From: Laetmonice hystrix
Taxonomy: Eukaryota
Assembly: GCA_965235115.1 (NCBI GenBank)
Contig: OZ249436.1
Coordinates: 38,814,001-38,878,000, forward strand
DNA length: 64,000 bases
Direction of reading: 5' to 3'
Shown here piece after piece: positions 54,611 through 64,000 of the stretch (positions within the stretch are counted from its first letter, which is position 1; each line of letters starts with the position of its first letter). The position numbers and the translations under genes were made by a program. The notes beneath the pieces were generated by a model. It made no database searches, was not told the DNA's origin, and worked only from the letters and a program-made list of their open reading frames with translations.

Positions 54611-55731
54611 CCGGTGTGGCGGTCTGGACCGGCCGGCGTGCCAGACGGGCCGGTTCCGGTAAGTGCGCATGCGCCGGAATGAAGCCACTACACCCGGCCC
54701 TTCTGGCACGTTGTATGTAACGTGCCAGAAGGGCCGGGCAGTCTGAAAGTACCGTGCCACAAGGGCCGCGTAGGCTGAAAGTACCGAAAGTCAAGTTATG
54801 CATCAATCGAGTGGTTTCTTTTAGCGGGCAGAGATAAATAGGGCCTACATGGCAACTTGTACTGGAAATATTATCTTTATTCAGTAGAAACATAGTCTAT
54901 TGTAGAAAACATAATAAGTAAAAAACAAAATTTGATCTGTGCAATATAGGCCTATACATGTATTTACCCTATAGAAATAACTTGAGACAAAGGCCTAAAT
55001 CCTTCACATTTCCTTTACATTTCGGTAATAAAATTATGGGGAAATATTCTGTCATTATCTCGTAAATGGGACAAGTATTATATACAATGTAATAGGCCTA
55101 GGTCGATATTTATGCACGCCTTCAGCGCTTCTAAAGTGGGGTTTTGTCTGCCACATCGTCGACCCCCCCCCCCCCCCCGGCGAGAAATCCTGATGTGTGA
55201 CCACTGGATCAGTAAAATATGTCCTTCCTAAGTCCCGGTTGCGACAAACAAAATGGACGAAAATGAACTTAAAATGTATAACTTCTTCATATACGATTAT
55301 GGGCCTTATATGTGTATCTGAAATCGAGCCTAGACTCTATAGCAGACAAAAAAAACTGGGGTTTAAAACACACTTATCGGCCCTATTACAAGCTTCTTAA
55401 ACTGACATATTATTAGCTTTGTAGCAATAAAACCAAGAATAAACCCAAAGCTATCACATAGGCCCCTATTAACATATACCATTCACAATTACATTTCTAA
55501 CTTGCAAGCCATGGAAAGTCAACAATGATACCCCTACCCTATCCTGGGTGAGTGTGTCTTCCCTTGTCGGTGTCAAGCGAAACGTCTGGCACGGTCGCCG
55601 CGGTCGCTAGCATCACTTTCGGCTAACGCGGGAAGTGAGTTGTGGCTCGCATGCGCGTCCTTTGAACATAGTGCTGTCTAGACACAACCGGCCCTTCTGG
55701 ACTGGCCGGCCCTTTCAGACCGTGACACCGG
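54611..55731. mobile_element. Second CCGGTGT...ACACCGG TIR element
   Basis: CCGGTGTGGCGGTCTG...CAGACCGTGACACCGG with ggccggc subterminal repeats. Confidence 0.55.
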
Positions 55732-57213
55732 CCTTAGACACGTCCCATATTGGTGCCGGCCATAGCCTACATAATGAACTTTTCCATTAGGCCTAAGTCT
55801 AATTCAGAAAAAAACATTGTAACCTTGATAAACTTTCCGAGAAGTTAATGTAGTTGGTCTTTATCAGGGGGGGGGGGGGTGTTTAAAGGGGGGTTTCATA
55901 CATGGACGAAGCTGGTTTCAACATTAGACAACGGATAGCCAACAAATCTAGCCTAGATAGGCCTAGGCCTATATGTCTCTTTTGAACACTGTTACAGCAC
56001 CTTGTTGCACACATCTAGTGGTTCTAGTGGATCTAAATTTGTTATTGTTGATTATACGTCTTTCCTTTATATTAGTGCGAATTATGTGGTTCAAGTGACG
56101 TGACAAACAGTTACTTTTGATCAGCTGAAACTGGTTTCAACCTGAGCCACCAGCCTGGTGTCCCTGGATGACATTTGCACCCATTGTCCTTGTATGACAC
56201 TGGCCTGGCAGGGTGCTTTATGATATCTGTGTTTATTGTTCACGATGCCCATAGGGGGCCTAACGGGTAGCTAATCAATAAGGACTACAATATTTCATAA
56301 TGTCAAATTATACGTAGTAACTTCCATGTGAATGAAAAGGGAATGATGGCACACCAGTGTCAGGTAGCCTAGACCTGTGAAACAGTTGGCTGAATCAAAA
56401 GACAGTCTAATTAAATAAATGAGAGAAAAATGTAGGTAATGATAGAAAACTCCGTTTTGTGGGGAAACTGATCAGAATAATCACTGACCGACCAATCGAC
56501 GAAATCAAGATGAATATCAGCGACTGTCACCCGATGACGAATCGGAGGAAAAATCGGCTATGTGTCAATCCAGTTTTTAGTGTAAATTAGAATCGGTTGA
56601 CCATCGGTCGGTCGGCGGCCTAATCATCGGTCGGCTGGTCAGCTATGTGTGATCCAGAATTTATAAAAAAAAATAGTCGTGCGTGATAGGGTGTAGTCTT
56701 TAGTGCACAGTTTTATGGCTGCCGCACTTTCTCTGTCCTGATTGGTCAGTTCCCTGTCACGTGATCACAGATAAAAACTAATATTGCACGGAAAAAGTAA
56801 TATTGACCAGTCAATATTAGTTTTTCACTGCCGTCAAGTGTTCTCACCCCCGCGTGCAAATAGGCGCTTAGGCATTCTTAACGTAAGTTTAATATAACAG
56901 CCTGGAGGGGTGACAGCGTATGATAGCAAAGCGGAAACTACGCGAGGCTGAGTATAGGCCTAGCTAGATAAAGCAGTCGTGAACACGATGGATCCCTGTA
57001 GCCTATCTAATTTCCCGACATCAGAAGTTTATGTGGTGACTGATTGTTAAGATTGGTCATGGTTTTGATCATGGTTTACTGGTAGAATTGTGAGTGAGAC
57101 TCACTAAGGCTCAGCATACCGGTAGGCCTAGGTCTAGATGATAGTTAAACTGACTGTGCAGTCGTCGATGGGTCCTGGAATAGACAGGAAAAGTGCGGCA
57201 GTCATAAAATAAA

Positions 57214-57356
57214 ACAAATATGGCACTTGGTATCGTGCAATATGAAAATTTATGGCACTCTGGAAACAGATAGTGCACTCCGCTTCGCGTCGTGCAATAT
57301 CAGTTGCCACCGTGCCATAAATTTTCATATTGCACTTAACCAAGTGCCATATTTGT
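57214..57356. repeat. Foldback palindrome with arms of about 45 bp, probably a non-autonomous palindromic transposon
   Basis: acaaatatggcacttgg..gtgcaatatgaaaatttatggcac is mirrored by gtgccataaattttcatattgcac..ccaagtgccatatttgt; inner hairpin gcactccgcttcgcgtcgtgc. Confidence 0.7.
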
Positions 57357-58539
57357 ATATTATTGCGTAGCAGCAGGTTATGCCTACGTGCAGGTTTATT
57401 GTGGTGGACTCCAAACATGGGAGACACATAATGATGTAGGGGTCCAGTTCGGAGTGGTAGCGGCACGGCTGAATGCTCCCGAAATACAGTGTGCATTTCT
57501 CTTTGACTTTACAAGCCAAGGCCAATACGACGCTGGCGCCACCTCGTGCACGTTTCTATGACGGCATTCTGACTGTACGGACCCCTAGCGGAGAGTTCGG
57601 AGAACTATCAGAACCACCGAATTAAACATCATGAACCAAAGATCCTTGCAGAAGGACAGGTGTTTTGGCATTATTTCTATATATTTTTAGGCAGTGCCCC
57701 TTGTCCTCAGTTCTATCCCCTTGACAATTCGGAGTAGATCTAAGAATGATCCTCTTCATCATGCCTGGCAGTTCATAAAAAGGCGACAGTATGCCTATAG
57801 GCCTACATGGGGCGAGGATGGTGTGCATGGGGAACGACCAAGTGGCAGGTTGACATAGCTAGATTTGGATACTTGCAGCACCATTTTTCTCGATGACGGT
57901 CCTCCCCAGCGTTCTTAACTTCAAAGGTATGGGTCAAGCCAACCGTGGCATATAAGGGCCTATGATGTGGTCAGAAAACACAAGGCCGAGTACTGTACGT
58001 GTCTTAATTTCACACCATTCAGAAAGAATAGAATGTCCTTGCATATCAAACGCTAATTTTAATGGCTTCCTCTTTCGGCTGATTGATTTTCCTCAAACTA
58101 TCTACCCATCGGCAGCATAGGCCTGACCCCCCCCCCCCTCCCCCACAAACACACACACACTCACAACCCAAGGAGTAGGCCCCTACCCCGGTAATTTCTG
58201 ACACTAATCACAATTGCAGTGCAATGCGTTCCTCAAAAATGACTTTTGTTTCTTCTAGTATTGTTCTGCCAGACAGAAAATATGAATGATGGACCTAATA
58301 AAGATGGGATCTCCTATAGAGCTGAGCCATCTCCGAGCTGCTTAAATGAATTTTGCTATTCAGAAATAATCTCAAAGGCAGGCGAACTCATGCGTGCGTC
58401 TCATTAATCGAAACGATGCAGGTCAGCGACATGATAAAACGATTATACATTAACAAAAAACTTCTCGATGACGCAGGACCCGTGAAGACGTTGTGTTGTA
58501 ATCCTGTGTTCAGGGTTGTGGTGTCGGGAGAGAAGGCCA

Positions 58540-59257
58540 CCCACGGATTGGCCCGGGCGGGTGGAAGGGTGGCGACAGGCCACACAATCTATCCCCATTA
58601 CCGTCAACCTTTTGATCTGCTGGCCGATCGGCTCCAGTCGAGCGTGTCACACGGGACAGTCACACAACCACAATGGACAAAAACGACACGTTCTTCGGCA
58701 CTATAGTTTATTAATCAAAATAGTTATAAAAATGATAATCATTTATTTATGAGTTAGATTACAAATTATATATTATGACCTCAAACATCGCCTTGTATTT
58801 CCGACTAGCTTTGAGATAACTTTCAAATAATATTAATGACGTCAAACATCGCCTTCTATTTCCGGCTAGCTTATATTGGATCATAATATGGAGGTAATAT
58901 TCTTTATTATTAATATCATTGATGATTTTTGGTTTTTAAATTTGACTCAACATAGCAAAACTGCTGCCATGTGTTGCTGTGTGCGTGGCTGTGGCAGGGT
59001 GTGATTGAGGCCCGATGCACACACCCAAACCACACGTCGGCCTGGGTGCGTGGGGCAGCAGCTGGTCGCTAGGTTTGTATTCCGGCTGGGCCGGGCGCTG
59101 ACAGCCTCACATGATGGATGTAAATTGGGAGGCCAGTCGATACTTAAGACCCTCAGACACACTTAATACCTGTTAATACTGGAGGGTAACTGGCGGGTGG
59201 CCTGCAGTGCACAGCACCCATCTCTAACCATTCCGCCAGGGCCTCAGAGGCAGACAG
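58540..59257 (+). promoter_or_regulatory. Candidate promoter and first non-coding exon of the gene at 60001
   Basis: Non-repetitive, locally GC-rich sequence with ATTGG and GGGCGG boxes at 58546-58561; donor CAG|GTAGGT at 59257/59258. Confidence 0.3.
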
Positions 59258-60003
59258 GTAGGTGACCATATTACTCTTGGCTATCATGGGTCGCTGAAGT
59301 AGGGGCCTATGTATGCAGGGGACGATTTGTCGACTTTGTTATTTAAAATCCAAATTTAAGACAGACTTGTAATAAGGGAAGTTTTGTCCGATATCTGGTT
59401 CCATGGGAGGTTCTGGCGGGACCTTCTTATACTTCCAAACAAAGACCTACACAATTCATAATAGTGGATAGAAACAACAGGGCATATAGTTCGATCCAGG
59501 CTATTGTAACTCTATATATTCCTATATTCCCTTTGTAGTATCAGATTGTCCTAAAATCAGGTTAATGATTTAGTGACAATAAAATCTTGATTTCAAAAGT
59601 CTTTGTCTGTATAATGTGACTTACAAGCCCTCAAGAGTGACATTGCTCTGAATACGTATAGGCCTATACGTGAATACGATCTGTAGAACTTAATGAAAGG
59701 TGTTAAGAGGTCATTAACCTGATACATCAGGCAGAAGGACTACTGCCCGTCCTGTGGTAATCCTGGCAGACTGACCATCCAATTACACGGGCGGCACAGA
59801 CTGTTTGTCATCCTGATTCTGGTTAGAGTTCGCTAGATTATAGATCCAGCCACCACTGTCTCAGTGTGTCCGTCGTCCTCATGCAGAACCAACCCTCGCC
59901 TCCCTGTCCGCAGTATTTGTGGGATTGTTTATCGAGATGTTTTATAGTGACCATCATCCATTTAGTAGTTGGCTCGTAATTCTAACCCCGGCTAGCCATC
60001 ATG

Positions 60004-61363
60004 CACTCTTAGAAATAAGGGTTCTTAGAGGTTCTTTGTAGAACTTCGAAGTTCCACATGGAACCAAAGGGTTCTATACGAGGTAAAGGGTTCTTTGTAG
60101 GAAAGTTGGGTTCCATGTGGAACCAAAAGGTTCTATACAGGGGAGAAGGGTTCCTTGTAGGAAAGTTAGGTTCCACGTGGAACCAAAATGTTCTATACAG
60201 AGTAAAAGGGTTCCTGTTATGAATGTAAAGTTCCACAATGAACCTTTCTTTAGTTCTTTAGGCCCCTAAACTTTATTGACTCAGACGAAGGTTGTTCAAT
60301 CAACATTATTTAATAGCCCCTAAGGATCTTGACACCTTTGACGACTGCAGAGAAACTATTTATTATAGTCTGATAAGCATTATTTAAAATAACTCTGACT
60401 ACGTATAGAGATAGGTTGTTTGAGGTTCCCAGTAGAACTTCTGAGTTACTTGTGGCACCTGTTTTTTTTTTAAGTTCTAAAAAATTTTAGAGTTCCTTGT
60501 GGAACCCGGAGGAAAGGTTTTAAGGGTTCTTTGAAATGTTGACGGTTCTATGTAGAACTCTTCTAGAAAATAGGGTTCCATACAAGAAACCAAGCACGAG
60601 TTGACCCTCAACCCCGACGTGTCATAAAAGGGGCCTACATATGAACGCCGGCTAATACGACCATGGCATAGATTAATAATAATATTAATACAGTCTTTGT
60701 CATATGGTGATGAGTGGAAGGTCAAATAGTTGCCTAATTAGGCCCCCATGAAGTGTGGTTCGTTAACATTTGTCTAGGAAACACCATCTTTGCAGGCCAG
60801 AAGACGTTATGTTAACTCCTTGGTTGAGACAGTCGATATTTTCAGACGGAGTAGCTTAGGCTGCAGACGTGTGAACTTTTATACAAATGAACCTGTGAAT
60901 TCACCTGGCCATAAGGTTCGCACCAACTGGTTCCAAACTAGTTTAGATCCAGTATTGGCTTATTTTATGTCTATTTTGGACAAAAAAGTTCTTTATAGAA
61001 CCCCTGGGGATTGGTTCTTTGAACAACCTTTTGTTTGAAGTTCCGGGAAGAACCTTAAATAAAGGTTCCCGGTCGGAGAGAACCTTTGACGATTCCACTC
61101 TGAACCTTTCTCAGGGTTCCATATTGAACCTTTAATATTGTTCCCCATACTAAGGAAAGTGAAGATAATGGTTCTGCGAATAACCTTTTGAAGTTTCCTG
61201 AAGAACCTACATAGGTTCTGCATGGAACCTTATATCTGTCCGATTTGGGGTTCCACAGGGAACCTAGATGTAAGGTTCTGTGAAGAACCCAACTGGGTTC
61301 CGAATACGTGCCAAGGCATAGAACCCAGAAAGGTTCCAATCAGAACCATTTATTCTAAGAGTG
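60004..61363. mobile_element. CACTA/EnSpm-like MITE (1360 bp) with 2-bp TSD TG
   Basis: TG|CACTCTTAGAA...TTCTAAGAGTG|TG; dense GGTTC/GAACC subterminal repeats, including a periodicity of about 60 bp. Confidence 0.85.
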
Positions 61364-61365
61364 TG

Positions 61366-61639
61366 GAAGGTTCCCGAGGACAGTCCCCGGCCGCCGGGGC
61401 TAGTCTCCCGGGAGGGATCTCACAGCCGGCCGGGCTCCAGGACGCCGCCGTCAGCTACACGCTCCACCAGCCGTTCGACAGCCCGCTCCAGGTGGACAGT
61501 TGCCCCCCGCCGCCGGACCGCCTCCTCCCGAGCTCCGGGCCCCGATCATTGCTGTCAACCGCCGGCTACCTGGGCGGGCCTCCGCTGGACATTGCCGGGA
61601 GACAGCAGAGGCAGGGTCCGCGGACAACACCGCACTCAG
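61366..61639 (+). CDS. Probable first coding exon of an unidentified gene (Pro/Ser/Gly-rich N-terminus); original ATG at 60001-60003 separated by the MITE
   Basis: GC-rich and stop-free, with C/G-biased third positions; ends at CAG|GTGAGC. The empty-site reconstruction GCCATCATGGAAGGT gives MEGSRGQSPAAGASLPGGISQPAGLQDAAVSYTLHQPFDSPLQVDSC... A candidate acceptor lies upstream at 59913 (ccctcgcctccctgtccgcAG). Confidence 0.55.
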
Positions 61640-64000
61640 GTGAGCGTCAATGTCCTCATTTCACTATAGATCTCATTCGACATTAGTCTGGTAATTAGGG
61701 ATCGTTATGTAACACTTTGCCCATAGAAACACCATCATGTAACACTGGTAACACTTTGTGGCATAGAAAATGATTAATAATTAGGGTGAGGGTAAGCACA
61801 GGATACAGTAGGCCTACGTGGCGTAGGGGTATAATGTCGAGGGCGGAGCAGTAGTGGATCCAGGGGGCAGCCCCCCCCCCCCAACCAAAAAAATTCCTGA
61901 GAGTGTGGACTGAACAGCTTGCCTCGGACCGTATTCTGGCTGTCACAGGGGCCCTACTGATCAGAACGAGTTTGTGGGTGGGTATTTTTAAGTTGTATAA
62001 GTTGTGCTTCGCCCGATGGGCCCCCTCTCAGATTTTCTGGATCCGCCCCTGCGGAGAGTGGGTGGATGGATCAGTTTATTAACAGGGGCGGTGTCCAATG
62101 ACTTTTGTTTTTCATATTACACAACATTGTGTGTTATCGCACCCCCTGCATGGCGATAGGCCACGATATCACCGGTCGTCAAAATGCCCAAACTGAACAA
62201 CACTGATGCATGCGCTTTTATAACCTGCCATTATAGCCTATATTATATGGAGACCATGCTCCATACAAGAGAAGAAGACAACAACGTTATGCAAAAGCCT
62301 TATAACCGTTTACCACGACATGCTTATTGTCATTTAGGCCTAGCATTTTCAAAAAGCTTTCAGTCCCTTGGCAATGATCATCGGTTGACGACACTGACTG
62401 TTTGAATTGTACCGACAAACTATTATAAAGCCTAGTAACAATTATTAACGGTTCGTTGTTCAGACAGTACAGATCCATGGATTATCAGCTAAGCTATGTT
62501 AATCGCGGGTGTCTCCAAGTTCAGGTGTTAGAACCCCACTCCTCAGACATCCAGTCTAACCCTGCTCGGGGTCAACTTCAGGGACGTATAGGGGCCTGTG
62601 TATACAGACGAGTATAGGGCCAGGTCCAATTGGATAGTGAACACCGACCCTCTGGGAGCCAACATCAGCTTGAGAGAATGTTATTGCTATCTAATGCATT
62701 TTACACGCCCCTTTCCTCCCCCAAAAAAAGAAAATCAATTTAAATGTCACCTGGCGGCGGGGAGTAAACCGAATAATGTCGGCACACCCGGGGATGATAA
62801 TCCAGCGTCCGACAGAGGAGATTATCCGGATTGCGGTCATGGATGTCTTGTGTATTCCGAGTGTATGTGGTGGGAGCCGATACATCACAGTCTGTAGGAT
62901 TGGATGTGGAGTGGATTATGGCATTCACTGACACCTGGCTGGAGGGATTCAAGGCCAACCCCTCCCGTATCTATACTCGGGTTACCACCGACACATCGAC
63001 CATCTTTCTTAATAGTGACATGGTACAAAAATTCCGAGTGCTCATTATAAGATTATCTTAGCTTCTGCCTTGCCTTTACATTTAGCTGGTAAGGTTGTAG
63101 CCAATATATCATTGTTTTATTGAAGGAGGATTTGAGAACGGAGTTTTCTTAGAACGCTTTGGTAATTTTTCTGTCTGCATCTATGTACATGTACATGTAC
63201 ATGTACATGTACATGTACAGGGTGTCAATAGTAAAAGGTGCAAAAAGAGTCCATTAATTCCGTCACTGAAAGTGCACCAAATTGTGGAGCACTGGGGACG
63301 GCCAATGACAGAATAGAAGGACTAATACATCGTACCGAACTGATAATTCTGCAATCCCGCATTCAACCACTTCACTCCACCACCGTCGCCCCATTCGCCG
63401 CCTGTTACTATAAGCATACAGTGTTGGAACAATAATATTATTCTTCCCCCATGGGTTACAATGGGAAGACTTTCCGAAGGAGAATGGACTAAGTTTTCTT
63501 AAGAGTCTTTTTTAAAGTTAGATTTGATACTATCTTCGAAAACCATGCAATAATTATTATTGAATAAAACTATATTTTGCCGATCATAAATGTTGAACCA
63601 TATATATTAAAAGTATGATAGCATGTTAGAACCACTTGCTTGACACATTTTAAAAAATGTCTCCTTAATCCCACAAAATTATCCTTCAATGATAATATGC
63701 CGCTTAAACCCGAGAGCTGTTTGACCGAAACGTTATTTTTAGAACCCAACAGAGCTTAACTATAGTGTAGACTTCTGAAGGTAAGAGACATAACATAAAC
63801 CGACATAACCCTCTTGTTTTATGTCAATGTCATCTACGGACTGCCGAATGAACCCGCTCAAATTATTTTATAAAATCTAAATTAAAAACAATAAGAACAT
63901 GGGGAAGTTTATGGTATGGTGGAAAAAAAATGACCAAATTTATTTTAAGATTTACCGTAAACATTAAACTCTTTATAATAGTAAAATTAGTGATTTTCGG

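Noticed and set aside
62740..63061. Endonuclease-like motifs (IMAFTDTWL on +, VYSPP on -) or the next exon of the gene at 60001
   Set aside because: The motifs are on opposite strands, and I found no phase-compatible stop-free exon.
63184..63219. (TGTACA)n palindromic microsatellite
   Set aside because: Ordinary simple repeat with no evidence of function.

Overview
Eukaryotic genomic DNA from a bilaterian invertebrate; no prokaryotic features. 1-24.8 kb holds a + strand ZFR (zinc finger RNA-binding protein, Zn72D-like) gene. I reconstructed 22 phase-consistent coding exons from 6042 to the stop at 22865; the first coding exon is not in the window. Its introns carry several splicing oddities: a GC-AG intron, candidate microexons, a candidate frameshifting alternative acceptor, long foldback elements, and a 21-copy tandem array whose 28-bp unit is the splice acceptor. 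25-57 kb is a transposon field with up to five nested levels whose boundaries are shown by TSDs and empty-site comparisons: PIF/Harbinger-like, MULE-like, CACTA/EnSpm-like, Kolobok-like, Tc1/mariner-like and hAT-like elements, plus a non-LTR element lacking reverse transcriptase. An intact single-exon class A GPCR lies on the - strand at 40594-41835. Near 60 kb a CACTA-like MITE appears to sit inside the Kozak-context start codon of an unidentified + strand gene. Superfamily names rest on termini, TSDs and recalled motifs, not on database searches.
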